A stretch of DNA of 64,000 nucleotides from an uncultured archaeon (GTDB taxonomy: Archaea > CAYFZR01). Shown here piece by piece: positions 17,952-28,091 of the stretch; positions within the stretch are counted from its first letter, which is position 1; each line of letters opens with the position of its first letter. The notes under the pieces were generated by a model. The model had not been told where the DNA came from, made no database searches, and worked only from the letters and a program-made list of their open reading frames with translations. Both the position numbers and the translations under genes were made by a program. Location: positions 4,778-68,777 of the forward strand of contig CAYFZR010000018.1 of the NCBI GenBank assembly GCA_964347835.1. The letters run 5' to 3'.

Positions 17952-18740
17952 TTGAAATCCATTTGTACCGGTGGTGAAATGGAATTGAATAAAAATTGGA
18001 GGAAACAATCTAAAAGACTGAAAGATGTTTTTGGATTGAAAGGAAGCCCCATAGCGGTTACATATTCTAAAACTCCCGAAAGCAATGCTACTAAAAAAGG
18101 TCATCGCGTTTGTAGTGCAATTCCTGCTTCTAGGAACGGGGAAATAATAAATTTATCTTCAGAGACTTGCACGTGTCCGGGAGGAGTATTTCACTTAGGA
18201 TTAGGCTTACCAAGAGAGGGATTGGAGGGATTTTTAGTTTATGGAGAAAAATTGTTCTCCTCTATAGCTGTAGCCAGACGTATGAGGGAAGCAGCAGATA
18301 GAGAGGCTAAGCCGCCCTACGGACTTGCTAGATACGTTATCTTCTCTCCTCTGGAGAAGACGGAAATCGAGCCAGACCTGGTATTGTTTTTATGCAATGC
18401 GGAGCAGGCTTGTAGACTTGTTACATTATTAGGATTCAGTGGAGAAACCATGCCAATGGCCAGGCTTGGAGGTTCCCTCTGCTGGAGTACGGTTACATAT
18501 CCTCTTATTTCTGGTAATTTAAACGTGTCTTTTGGAGACATTTCTGCGAGAAGAATCGAGAAATACGATCCTGATGAATTAATCGTGAGTGTACCCGTTA
18601 ACAAATTGCCCCTAATTTTGGAAAGCATAGATCGTTGCACGGCAGGTACAGCAAAACCATCAAAAGAATTTGAAGAAATTATACAAAAAATAGAAGAAGG
18701 AAAGGCATCCATCGAAGACCTCCGGGAATTATTTAGGTGA
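17952..18740 (+). CDS. DUF169 (COG2043)-like protein
   Basis: 262-aa ORF. 'GSPIAVTY' and 'CPGGVFHLGL' resemble DUF169 family proteins. The probable start is the ATG at 17979. Confidence 0.5.
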   Translation: MKSICTGGEMELNKNWRKQSKRLKDVFGLKGSPIAVTYSKTPESNATKKGHRVCSAIPASRNGEIINLSSETCTCPGGVFHLGLGLPREGLEGFLVYGEKLFSSIAVARRMREAADREAKPPYGLARYVIFSPLEKTEIEPDLVLFLCNAEQACRLVTLLGFSGETMPMARLGGSLCWSTVTYPLISGNLNVSFGDISARRIEKYDPDELIVSVPVNKLPLILESIDRCTAGTAKPSKEFEEIIQKIEEGKASIEDLRELFR

Positions 18741-18806
18741 ATGGTACCAGGCAACAAAAAGAGATAAACCGAGGATTCTCTTTCCATAAAAAATTGGAGG
18801 GTCGAA

Positions 18807-20078
18807 ATGGAATTCGAAGAAAGAATAGAAAAAATAACCGCACTAGCGGATGCGATTAAAGAGAGAAAAGACGAATTAATAGAAGCTTCCATTGCTGACA
18901 TCGGCTTTAACTACAAAAATTCTTCCTATGAGATCGAGCTTACATCAGAGAGGCTGAAAAATTTTACAGAGACAAAGAGATTACTCGCGGGGAGGATTCC
19001 AATATGTAAAGAAAACGAGGAAGTTGCCCTTCTTCTCCCCTATAACGGAAGTGCCTGGCTTAATATTGCAATAGTCTCTATATTTTTAGCTGGCAACAAA
19101 GTTAGGGTTAAATTTTCTTCAAAGGGTCCAGGAATCGCTAAAATTTTTGAAGGTATTTATAAAAACATATTCTATGACGGCGTAAACTTTGATTACAGGT
19201 CTGGAAGAGAATTCATGGACTGGGCAATCAGAAGTTCGAAAATCAAGGCACTCTGCGTATTTGGTTCTGACAGTACTGTCTTGCCCTACGAAGAGGACAT
19301 TAGAAGATCAGGAAAGAAGTTAATATTTGAAGGGCCTGGTAATGATCCTTTTATAATTCTAGAGGATGCTGACCTAAAAGGCGCTCTCAAAGATCTAAAG
19401 TCATCAAAGTATATTTACTCCGGACAGGCATGTATAGCCCCTGAAAGGATTATTGTTCATGAAAAAATTTACGAAGATTTTCTAAAAGAGTTCATTGACC
19501 TGACCAAATTGTTAGTTGTCGGCGAAAATACTGATCCTAAAACAGATGTAGGTCCAGTTGCAAGCGAAAAAGCGGTTGAAAACATTAAAATCCTTCTAAA
19601 TGATGCAGAGGAAAAGGGGGGCAAGACAGTTCTTGGAGGAAAGATAGATGGCAATCTCGTATATCCTACTATATTAGGTGATGCAACTCAAGAAATGCTC
19701 GGAATGCAGAGAGAGATCTTTGGACCTGTAAGCTTTGTAGCCAAGTTTAATACTATAAAGGAAGCTATTAGATTGGCAAAATATAACAGGTATGGTTTGC
19801 GTGCCTCCATTTATGGAGAAAAGCATGCTAAAAGAGTAGCAAATGAACTTAAGGGTGAAGATTACCTCCATGAGGTAAAAGAACTCGTCTTTGGAAAGTT
19901 TGGAACTGTGAGCATAAACGATCCCCTATCTGAGGCATGGAAAGGTGCCCTGATTACCAAGCCGATTGGAGGATATGGTTATTCCGGTTGGGTATGGGAA
20001 ACGGTAAATCAAGAATTCAAGTTGGAACAGGGCCCGAAACTTTTTAGCATTGAAACCTCCTTGGCTCAGGAGGTATAG
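18807..20078 (+). CDS. aldehyde dehydrogenase superfamily protein (short form)
   Basis: 423 aa with the 'FEGPGNDP' (ELGG-equivalent) and 'SGQACIAPER' catalytic Cys motifs. Confidence 0.75.
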   Translation: MEFEERIEKITALADAIKERKDELIEASIADIGFNYKNSSYEIELTSERLKNFTETKRLLAGRIPICKENEEVALLLPYNGSAWLNIAIVSIFLAGNKVRVKFSSKGPGIAKIFEGIYKNIFYDGVNFDYRSGREFMDWAIRSSKIKALCVFGSDSTVLPYEEDIRRSGKKLIFEGPGNDPFIILEDADLKGALKDLKSSKYIYSGQACIAPERIIVHEKIYEDFLKEFIDLTKLLVVGENTDPKTDVGPVASEKAVENIKILLNDAEEKGGKTVLGGKIDGNLVYPTILGDATQEMLGMQREIFGPVSFVAKFNTIKEAIRLAKYNRYGLRASIYGEKHAKRVANELKGEDYLHEVKELVFGKFGTVSINDPLSEAWKGALITKPIGGYGYSGWVWETVNQEFKLEQGPKLFSIETSLAQEV

Positions 20079-20119
20079 CTATTAAGCGTTTTTTAACTCC
20101 TTTACAGATAGCCTGTGTC

Positions 20120-21235
20120 TTGGCTCTTTTTAACTTTACAGGAACCTTCCTTCGCCTTCCTTTAGTACCATTATATGCAAAATCGGTTGGAGCCACAACA
20201 TTTGAGGTTGGGTTGATTGTATCCCTTTTTTTTGGAATAGCCGCATTTTTAGCCATTCCTACTGGCCATCTCTCAGATAAGCTCGGTAGAAAGCTTCTAA
20301 TACTTTTTGGTTCAGGATTAACCGCGATAACTTCACTTTTACTGTGTTTTACGCACACACCGAATCAGATTTTATTGGTTTATACAATTGCAGGATTCGG
20401 TCCACCCGCTTTTACGCCTACAATTGCCTCTTATGTGGGAGATATTTCAGCCCAAGACCGTATGGGAAGTGCCTACGGATGGTACACCCTATCAGCAATG
20501 ATTGGTTCGGCTTCTGGCCCGGCTATAGGTGGACTCATAGCTGGATTTACTAATTTAAGGTTTTCATTCCTATTCGCTGGCTTAGTAACTTTGATAGCCT
20601 TTATTCTCGCAGTTATAGGACTTCCAAGTTACGAAAGATCTAAATCCGTAGAACATGACATCAAAAAATCTCTTTGGGATCTAACTAGAAACAACAAAGT
20701 ATTGGCCTGCTGGATAGCCACTTTTTGTTTTACATACGCCTTTGGAATTTTCGCCCCGTTTTTCCCTCTTTATGGAAGCAGCATTGGACTGGGCGTTTCT
20801 GCCATAGGTTTTATCTTCGCTGTCCAAGCATTGTTTAATGCAGTTTCTAGGGTTCCAGCAGGTTATATATCGGATAAATTAGGTAAAAGGGATCCTTTTA
20901 TTATTATGGGAATGATTATATTGTCTTTTTCGCTTATATCATTTGTTCTCACTGTTAACTTGTATGTTCTCATTTTATTATCGGTTTTTATTGGTTTGAG
21001 CGGAGGGATTGCAGCCACGTTGTTGGGGGCTTCTATAGCAGAATCATCAGGTCAGGAAAAAAGAGGCGCTGCAATGGGTGGTTACAGTACTTCTCTATAT
21101 ACGGGTCATGCATTAACCGCGATAATAGGTGGAAAGATAATATCCTCCTATAGTTTCTTGGGTGGTTTTTCTGCCGCAGCTTTTGTCTGTTTCATTGGGT
21201 CGTTTCTTTTTTATTTTATATACAAAAAATCCTAA
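20120..21235 (+). CDS. MFS transporter (N-terminus probably extends upstream to about 20081)
   Basis: Polytopic 371-aa ORF with the MFS loop motif 'GHLSDKLGRKLL'. Part of TM1 is encoded in frame upstream of the called TTG. Confidence 0.8.
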   Translation: MALFNFTGTFLRLPLVPLYAKSVGATTFEVGLIVSLFFGIAAFLAIPTGHLSDKLGRKLLILFGSGLTAITSLLLCFTHTPNQILLVYTIAGFGPPAFTPTIASYVGDISAQDRMGSAYGWYTLSAMIGSASGPAIGGLIAGFTNLRFSFLFAGLVTLIAFILAVIGLPSYERSKSVEHDIKKSLWDLTRNNKVLACWIATFCFTYAFGIFAPFFPLYGSSIGLGVSAIGFIFAVQALFNAVSRVPAGYISDKLGKRDPFIIMGMIILSFSLISFVLTVNLYVLILLSVFIGLSGGIAATLLGASIAESSGQEKRGAAMGGYSTSLYTGHALTAIIGGKIISSYSFLGGFSAAAFVCFIGSFLFYFIYKKS

Positions 21236-21335
21236 ATCTGAATTTTTTCGTTCATACTTATTAGAACAAAGTTTATAATTTCCAATCCATTATTATCTTT
21301 AGGAATGTCTTCCTTAAACGATAAAGGGATATTCT

Positions 21336-22427
21336 ATGAGTTTCCAAACTCAACGCAGAACAATACTTCACATAGACATGGACAGTTTCTTTTCAGCGGT
21401 AGAAGTTAGAGAAAATCCCAGTCTAAAAGGCTTGCCCGTGGTGGTGGGGGCGGATCCAAAAGAAGGTAAGGGGAGAGGAGTAGTAAGCACTGCATCATAT
21501 GAAGCAAGGGAGTACGGCATTCATTCAGGAATGCCGATATCGAGGGCATATAAGTTATGTCCGGATGCAAAGTTCCTCCCTGTCAACATGCTTCTCTATC
21601 GAAAAGTTTCTTCGCGAGTTATGGGGATCCTGAGAAAATACGCTGACAAATTTCAGCAAGTCAGCGTGGATGAAGCGTATTTAGATGTTAGTCGTAAGGT
21701 AAGGAGATATAAAAACACCGAAGATCTCGCCCTGGAGATAAAAAAAGAGATGTACGAGAAAGAAAAACTAACATGCTCAATTGGTATAGGTCCAAACAAA
21801 ACTATAGCAAAGATAGCATCAGATTTCAAAAAACCAGATGGTTTAACCTTAATAGAACCTCATAAGGTAAAGGAATTTTTGTCTTCGTTGCCAGTTAGAA
21901 AATTGCCTGGAGTTGGTAAGAAAACCGAAAAAATATTAAATGAAATGGGAATTGAGAACATAGGTCAACTCGCTAAGATTGATGCACAAAGACTCGTTGG
22001 ACTATTTGGAAAGTGGGGCTACCGTATACACCTCTTAGCGAATGGCATAGACGAGAGTGAGGTAAGAGAAGTAAGAGAAGCCAAGTCCGTAAGCAGACAA
22101 ATCACTTTTGAAGAGGATACGAATGATTCCGCTCGTTTGAATCGCACCATCGATCATATATCGGAAAAGGTGCACAAGGATTTATTGCGAGGAGGCTACA
22201 TCTTCAAAACTGTTTCTATAAGAGTAAGATTAGAGGACTTTGAAACCCACACCAGGGCTAAGACCATTGATTCTTTTACAAAAGATCTTAATGTAATCAA
22301 AAAAATCTCAAAAGATTTATTGAAGGAGTTCATAGGCGAAAAGAAAATAAGATTGCTTGGAATAAGACTATCAAACCTTGAAAAAATTGATGAGAAGCAA
22401 AGATTCATTGAAGAATTTGTTAGTTAG
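21336..22427 (+). CDS. dpo4: Y-family DNA polymerase IV (Dpo4/Dbh/DinB)
   Basis: Contains 'ILHIDMDSFFSAVE', 'SVDEAYLDV', 'SIGIGPNKTIAKIASD' and 'LPGVGKKT'. Confidence 0.9.
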   Translation: MSFQTQRRTILHIDMDSFFSAVEVRENPSLKGLPVVVGADPKEGKGRGVVSTASYEAREYGIHSGMPISRAYKLCPDAKFLPVNMLLYRKVSSRVMGILRKYADKFQQVSVDEAYLDVSRKVRRYKNTEDLALEIKKEMYEKEKLTCSIGIGPNKTIAKIASDFKKPDGLTLIEPHKVKEFLSSLPVRKLPGVGKKTEKILNEMGIENIGQLAKIDAQRLVGLFGKWGYRIHLLANGIDESEVREVREAKSVSRQITFEEDTNDSARLNRTIDHISEKVHKDLLRGGYIFKTVSIRVRLEDFETHTRAKTIDSFTKDLNVIKKISKDLLKEFIGEKKIRLLGIRLSNLEKIDEKQRFIEEFVS

Positions 22428-22483
22428 CATGAAAATACCATATCGCGAAAAAATTCTTATATACGGAATTCTGAATTTCTTTT

Positions 22484-23449
22484 ATGTCGCTCATAGATTT
22501 AATTGAAAGCAATAAACGCCTTATTTTGTTTGGTGGGAAAGGAGGGGTAGGAAAAACTACTTGTGCTGCCGCTACAGCCCTCCAACTTGCATCTAATGGT
22601 AAGATTACCCTCATAATATCTAGTGATCCTACTCCATCTCTCTCCGATATATTTGAGATGAGTATCGGCGATAAAGAAAGGCCAGTAAACGAAGTAGAGA
22701 ATCTCTATGCAGTTGAAATAAGCTCAGATGTTGTTTTGGAAAGGTGGAAAAAGAAATTTGGACCTGAAGTCCATGAAGTAATATCTTCTTTTGTTCCTAT
22801 AGAATACAACTTCATCGATTACGTTGGCACTGCTCCCGGAATTGACGAAGAGTTCATGATGGATTACATATTAGAATTAGTAGAAAATGAAAGGTATGAT
22901 ACAATCATTTGGGATACCGCTCCAGCAGGTCACACTTTGCGTTTGTTAAGCTTGCCTGATACATTTATAGATCACTTAGAAGCAGCTGCTAGTGTTTATA
23001 TCAAAATGCATGGCTATCTTGAAAAAATAAGGGAACTATCAGGATTAAGGAAAAGCAAACGCTCGCCCCTCGATATAATAGATGAATGGAGAAAATTGGC
23101 TGAAAAAATCTTAAAACTACTTAAAGATGAGGATAAAACTGAGTTCGTCGTGGTTACGATACCTGAGGCATTAGGAGTTAATCAAACAGAGAGACTTATC
23201 GATGTTTCAAGAGAATTCGGACTAAAAATCAACCACATGATAATAAACAACGTAATCAAAGACGCTGATTGTGATTTTCACAAAGTTAGAGAGAAAATGC
23301 AAAGAAAATACATAAAAATCTTAGAGGACAAATACGGTAAAAATATTGATATTATCGAAGTACCCTTGTCTCCATATGAGATAAAAGGAGTGGAAAATAT
23401 AGGCAAAGTATCACAGACACTGTTCAGCAATCACCGAATTCATTATTGA
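22484..23449 (+). CDS. ArsA/Get3-family ATPase
   Basis: Has the deviant Walker A 'GGKGGVGKTT' and the 'DTAPAGHTLRLL' signature. 321 aa, single-domain form. Confidence 0.8.
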   Translation: MSLIDLIESNKRLILFGGKGGVGKTTCAAATALQLASNGKITLIISSDPTPSLSDIFEMSIGDKERPVNEVENLYAVEISSDVVLERWKKKFGPEVHEVISSFVPIEYNFIDYVGTAPGIDEEFMMDYILELVENERYDTIIWDTAPAGHTLRLLSLPDTFIDHLEAAASVYIKMHGYLEKIRELSGLRKSKRSPLDIIDEWRKLAEKILKLLKDEDKTEFVVVTIPEALGVNQTERLIDVSREFGLKINHMIINNVIKDADCDFHKVREKMQRKYIKILEDKYGKNIDIIEVPLSPYEIKGVENIGKVSQTLFSNHRIHY

Positions 23450-23593
23450 GGTGGAATACTACATATTTAAACGTAAAAAAAAGATAAAACTTAATCTAAA
23501 TCCTTTTGTCCTGTCTCAATCAAATTTTCATTTTTTATTGCCATTAAAAAAAGTTTATCTTCATGAAAATTTAACTATGTTAGGGGGAGGGAT

Positions 23594-23989
23594 TTGGAAG
23601 AGAGAGAATGCAGATGTATTAAATGTAACAACGAGCTTTTCAAGGGTTATAGGGAGAAAATAGGCTTAAAATGGGAAATACAAGGATACAAAAACGATGC
23701 AATATATATTCCAAACGTTGGATGGCTATGCTTAAATCATTTTGAAAAAGAAGGATTAATTCATGATACATATGTGAAATATTACTCATGTAACGTCTAT
23801 CTGCTAAATGATAAAGTTTACGTGGATGAGAAACTAACGTTTCGAGATCGTGAAAATCTGAGGGTCTATAGACTCAAACCCTCAAAACCAGTAGCTCATT
23901 TCTGGGGAAGTTATGAAGAAATAAGAGAAGAAATTTTAGATAAATCAGGGAAAAGAGCGCCCATGAAAAATAAAATATGGATTCCATAG
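23594..23989 (+). CDS. hypothetical Cys/His-containing protein
   Basis: 131-aa ORF with a TTG start preceded by 'GGGGGAGGG'. It has 'CRCIKCN' and 'CLNH', a possible zinc-binding site. No family was recognised. Confidence 0.35.
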   Translation: MEERECRCIKCNNELFKGYREKIGLKWEIQGYKNDAIYIPNVGWLCLNHFEKEGLIHDTYVKYYSCNVYLLNDKVYVDEKLTFRDRENLRVYRLKPSKPVAHFWGSYEEIREEILDKSGKRAPMKNKIWIP

Positions 23990-23997
23990 GCTAAAAA

Positions 23998-26709
23998 TCA
24001 TTTTTTATGCTCTTTACGCTCTAAGAAATACTCTATGTAGTCTTCAACCTTCATGCTAGTCTCCTTAAGTTTCGCGTCAAGTTCTTTAATTTGTGATTTT
24101 AGCGAGGTATTTTCTAACTCCAATGATTGTATCTTGGTTTGTAAATCTATTTTTTCTTCTTCTATTTGTTCTAACCTCTCCTTTCTTGTTAGTTCTAACG
24201 TATAAAGATTGCTCTCGATTAGGCCAAAAACTTTCGATAACGAAACTTCGGCTTCTCCTATCGCATTCTTTGCTCTATAAAAGTATTCTCTGGCTGCTTC
24301 ATTCCCTGTAACTACTTTATTTCCTGTAATTAGTTCAAGACCTTCAACGATGTATCCAAGATTCTTATATGCGTATTTACTGTTTTCAATTGAAGAATTG
24401 ATCTCTAAAAGTAAATCTTCCTTTGAAAATGGTTGAGTTTCTTCTTTGATGTCTATATCTGCCTTTTCTCCTATTCCTGCACCATAAGTTGAGATATTCT
24501 CAATTAACTCAATGATCGAATCTCGAATAATCTGAATCTCACCAGTTTTAATTGAATCGATTGAATTCATTTCTGCGGTCATTTTCTTAATTTCGAATTT
24601 TATTTTCTCTTTTAATTCTGCTAACTCTTTTATATCTTCTGCGGGTATCAAATGGAAGAGTTTAAGTTGATTAGAAAGTCTCTCTATCTCTCTTCTCATC
24701 GTTTTCTCTGTGGTTATTCTTTGGTTAAGTTCGTTTGATATTTTTCCCTTTTCTCCATCGATCTGGTGGAGTCGATACCTCAGACTTTCTAATTCTCCAG
24801 CCAAATGAATGTTTTCGGATTCTAACTGGTCTTTTTCTTCTTTCATTACCTCTAATTCTTTTATTTTTTCTTTTAAATCTTCAATGGTGCCGTAATTTTC
24901 TCTTTCTAGTTCTTGGTATTTTTGGAGTTTTACCAAAGTTTCTTTACGTTTTCCCTCTGTTTCTGATAGTTCTTTTGACTTTTCATCCAGCAAATCCTTA
25001 ATTTTGGTTATTTTCATCTCCAATTCTTTTATTTTCAATTCATTATCGTTTATTTGATCTTTTAATTCCTCAGATTTCATTTCAAGGGTTTTTACTCTAT
25101 TTTTTTCTGATAAGAGATCCTTTGCGGTTTCCACAAGGGCTAAATTTTTTGTGATGGCTTCCTCAGATAATTCTTTCATCTTTTTTGTGTGCTCTTCGAT
25201 TGTTTCTTTGAGTTTTTTTGACTCTTCCTCTAATTTGGTGCGAAGACCAGTTTCCTCTACGAGTGAATTCTTGGTAGAGGTCAATTTAGCATATGCTTCT
25301 GTTAATTTTTCTTCTATTATACTCATTTTTCTTTTTAACTCTAAATTATCGATTTTTATGTATTCTTTTCCCTTTAACTCGGCTTCAAGTTTATTTAATT
25401 TGTTTTCAAGACTTATTATCTTCTTCTTCTGGTCTTCATCTATTTCCTTTAGTTTGCCTACTTCTACCTCTAATTCTTCCTTTAGACTTGCATCAACCTC
25501 TAAATCCTTAAAAATCTCCCTTAGCTCCCGGATCTCATTGGCTTGCACATCCAACTTTATGGTCATATCTTGATTTTGTTTTTCCAGTTTTAGCAAATTT
25601 GCCCGTTCTAAAGATAGTTTTTCTTTTGTTGTTTCCAACTCAATTTCTCTTTCTTCCAATTTCTTAGTGAGACTTTCTAATGTGACCTTTAGATCTTTAT
25701 TCTCGACTTCTAGATTTTCGTGGTGCTTTACCTTAGACTTCAGTTGATTTACAGACTCTTCAAGGTTGTTTATCCTTTCTATCCTTTCTTTCTCTAATTT
25801 TTCTTGTTTTCTGATTTCAAGCATTAATTCTTCAGTTTTTTCTTGATATTCGCGGTTTTTTTCTTGTATTGTCTTGGATTTTTCTTTTAATAGGTTTTCA
25901 AGTTTAATTACCTCTTCTTCTAGTTCATCTTTCTTATTAGCCAGCGGCTCCAGAATAATGACTTTTTCTCTTAAAGAATTGAGTTCTTTAGATTGATTCT
26001 CAAATTTTTCCTTCAATTCTTCAGATTCAGATCTTAACTTTTTATTTAAAGAAACTTCTTCTGATAACCTTACATCAAGATCGGCTAGTCTTGATCTTTC
26101 TTCTTCCAGTATAGTGGTCAATTTATCAACTTCGGCTTTCAAATTTTTGTTTTCTTCCACAAGAGTATCTCTCATCTTTATTTCAGATTCTAAATCAATA
26201 ATCTTCTCTTTCAGTTTGTTTAAATTGTCGGTTTTTTCTTTATCAAGTTTTTTTAGGCTATTTATCTCTACTTCTAACTCTTCTCTCTGTTTTCGAAGTT
26301 CATTTTCTTGATTTTTTATTTTTTCTTTTAATTCATCTCTCTGGGATTCAATAATTTCTCTATTAGCGGTCTCTTCGGATAATCTCTCTATTTTGCTTTT
26401 AATTTCATTATCTTTTTCTTTCAATAGTTTACTGAGTCTTTTTTGCTCTACTTTTAAATCATTTGATTCTTTTTTTATCTTTTCGAGTTTCTTTTTCTCT
26501 GATAGTAATTTTTCAAAATTTTTCTCCTGATCTTTTATCCTTTCTATCCTTTCTTTCTCTAATTTTTCTTGTTTTCTGATTTCAAGCATTAATTCTTCAA
26601 TTTTTTCTTGATATTCGCGGTTTTTTTCTTGTATCTCGGCTATTTCTATCTCTAGTTTCTCTTTGAGGGCTTTCTCTCTGCTCAGATCATCGCTTAGTTC
26701 GTCACTCAT
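23998..26709 (-). CDS. giant coiled-coil protein (no NTPase motif seen)
   Basis: 903 aa that is almost entirely K/E/L-rich heptad-like sequence, with a ~150-aa less repetitive C-terminal part. It has no Walker A, so it is not SMC/Rad50-like. Confidence 0.65.
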   Translation of the reverse strand: MSDELSDDLSREKALKEKLEIEIAEIQEKNREYQEKIEELMLEIRKQEKLEKERIERIKDQEKNFEKLLSEKKKLEKIKKESNDLKVEQKRLSKLLKEKDNEIKSKIERLSEETANREIIESQRDELKEKIKNQENELRKQREELEVEINSLKKLDKEKTDNLNKLKEKIIDLESEIKMRDTLVEENKNLKAEVDKLTTILEEERSRLADLDVRLSEEVSLNKKLRSESEELKEKFENQSKELNSLREKVIILEPLANKKDELEEEVIKLENLLKEKSKTIQEKNREYQEKTEELMLEIRKQEKLEKERIERINNLEESVNQLKSKVKHHENLEVENKDLKVTLESLTKKLEEREIELETTKEKLSLERANLLKLEKQNQDMTIKLDVQANEIRELREIFKDLEVDASLKEELEVEVGKLKEIDEDQKKKIISLENKLNKLEAELKGKEYIKIDNLELKRKMSIIEEKLTEAYAKLTSTKNSLVEETGLRTKLEEESKKLKETIEEHTKKMKELSEEAITKNLALVETAKDLLSEKNRVKTLEMKSEELKDQINDNELKIKELEMKITKIKDLLDEKSKELSETEGKRKETLVKLQKYQELERENYGTIEDLKEKIKELEVMKEEKDQLESENIHLAGELESLRYRLHQIDGEKGKISNELNQRITTEKTMRREIERLSNQLKLFHLIPAEDIKELAELKEKIKFEIKKMTAEMNSIDSIKTGEIQIIRDSIIELIENISTYGAGIGEKADIDIKEETQPFSKEDLLLEINSSIENSKYAYKNLGYIVEGLELITGNKVVTGNEAAREYFYRAKNAIGEAEVSLSKVFGLIESNLYTLELTRKERLEQIEEEKIDLQTKIQSLELENTSLKSQIKELDAKLKETSMKVEDYIEYFLERKEHKK
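25771..25869. repeat. 99-nt intragenic direct repeat, copy 1
   Basis: Identical to 26536-26634 except for one base (G vs A). It encodes 'IQEKNREYQEK(T/I)EELMLEIRKQEKLEKERIERI'. Confidence 0.9.
26536..26634. repeat. 99-nt intragenic direct repeat, copy 2
   Basis: 98/99 match to 25771-25869. The offset is 765 nt (255 codons, in frame). Confidence 0.9.
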
Positions 26710-26784
26710 GTATACTATTTTTGTTTTTTTAAGGATAAAACAGTTTTGATTCGAATTTGATTAATTTTTCAACGAATTTGAATC

Positions 26785-27822
26785 TTAATCTAAAGAAAAC
26801 TCTATTTTTTTAGCAATGGCATCAGACATCTCGCTTGTCTTGGCTTTACCACCAAGATCATATGTGATGGTTTTACCCTCTTTTATGACGTCTTCCACTG
26901 CTTTTTCAACGATTTTGGAGTATTTTTCTTCTCCCAAATAATTTAGCATCATGGCGCCGGATAGTATAGTTGCACAGGGATTTACCTTATTTTGGCCTTT
27001 ATATTTTGGTGCGGAGCCATGAACAGGCTCAAACATTGCATAATCTTCTCCAATATTCGCTCCGGGAGCAAGTCCTATTGAACCAGTTAACGCTGCGAGC
27101 TCATCGCTTAAAATATCTCCAAATAAATTGGTCGTAACGATAACATCGTACCAATCAGGCCTTCTTATGAGCCACATCGTGGTAGCGTCTATATGAGAAT
27201 CATCAAATCCTATTTCTGGGTATTCCTTAGCGATTTCCCTACAAACATTTAAAAATAAACCGCAGGTCTCCTTGCATATGTTCGCTTTATGTACTGCTGT
27301 AACCTTCTTTCTTTTCTCCTTCCTTGCTAATTCAAAGGCAAATCTTGCAATTCGCTCGCTACCCTTTCTTGTTATGGTTCTTATTCCTATGGCGATATCT
27401 TCGTTTAATTTGTATTCTAACCCCTTGTATAAGCCTTCAGTATTCTCTCTCACTAAAATAACGTCTAAATAATCTACCGGGGCGCTAACGCCTTCTCTCC
27501 TTTTAAAAGGTCTTAGGTTCGCATACAGTTGAAATTCTTGCCTTATTGTTACAGCAACGCTCTTTGGAGAATCTGGGCCTTGGGGAGTGGTTGTAGGTCC
27601 TTTTAAGAGAACATCAGTTTCTTTTAAAATCTCCATGGTCTCTTTTGGCACTAATGTATCAACACCGTGTTCTTTCCAGTAATCATAGCCAGCATCTGCC
27701 GAAATAAATTCGAAGTCTACGGGCAGTTTTTCTAGGACATTTATACTAGCAGATATTACTTCAGGTCCTATTCCGTCACCGTTGATGATACCAATCCTAT
27801 ACATCCGAACACCTAGAGACAC
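26785..27822 (-). CDS. isocitrate/3-isopropylmalate/homoisocitrate dehydrogenase family enzyme
   Basis: 345 aa with 'INGDGIGPEV', 'NLFGDILSDE' and 'FEPVHGSAP'. Substrate specificity cannot be assigned by eye. Confidence 0.85.
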   Translation of the reverse strand: MSLGVRMYRIGIINGDGIGPEVISASINVLEKLPVDFEFISADAGYDYWKEHGVDTLVPKETMEILKETDVLLKGPTTTPQGPDSPKSVAVTIRQEFQLYANLRPFKRREGVSAPVDYLDVILVRENTEGLYKGLEYKLNEDIAIGIRTITRKGSERIARFAFELARKEKRKKVTAVHKANICKETCGLFLNVCREIAKEYPEIGFDDSHIDATTMWLIRRPDWYDVIVTTNLFGDILSDELAALTGSIGLAPGANIGEDYAMFEPVHGSAPKYKGQNKVNPCATILSGAMMLNYLGEEKYSKIVEKAVEDVIKEGKTITYDLGGKAKTSEMSDAIAKKIEFSLD

Positions 27823-28082
27823 CTAGAAAGATGTACAACATCTATTTCTCCTACACCTTCTATTTTTTTAATTTTTTCTTCGACAGTGCTTATTCCGCCT
27901 TCTTTGTCCTCTACAACAAGAGAAACTTTCAACGCTGAAAGTCCAAAGGCTATAGGCTCCTCTTCGTATCCTACTATCCTGAGTTCTTCTGATAATCTCC
28001 CCTCTATTCTTTCTTTTAGATGCTCGGGTTTTATATCTGCGCTCTCAGGCATTACTTTTAAGATGACTAAGACTTCTCCCAA
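27813..28082 (-). CDS. ef1b: translation elongation factor aEF-1 beta
   Basis: 89 aa. 'MGEVLVILKVMPES...EPIAFGL.ALKV..VVEDKEGG...IE.V' closely follows the archaeal EF-1beta pattern. Confidence 0.9.
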   Translation of the reverse strand: MGEVLVILKVMPESADIKPEHLKERIEGRLSEELRIVGYEEEPIAFGLSALKVSLVVEDKEGGISTVEEKIKKIEGVGEIDVVHLSRCL

Positions 28083-28091
28083 CTAAATCAC

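Noticed and set aside
23451-23663. 70-aa ORF 'MEYYIFKRKKKIKLNL...'
   Set aside because: It is an AT-rich intergenic translation rich in K/L/F with no ribosome-binding site. It overlaps the better-supported 23594 ORF in another frame.
25151-25573. 140-aa plus-strand ORF (with neighbours 24093-24311, 24735-25001, 25293-25511 and 26114-26311) inside the coiled-coil gene
   Set aside because: These are low-complexity S/F/L-rich translations that mirror the K/E-rich codons of the strongly supported minus-strand gene. They are antisense shadow ORFs.
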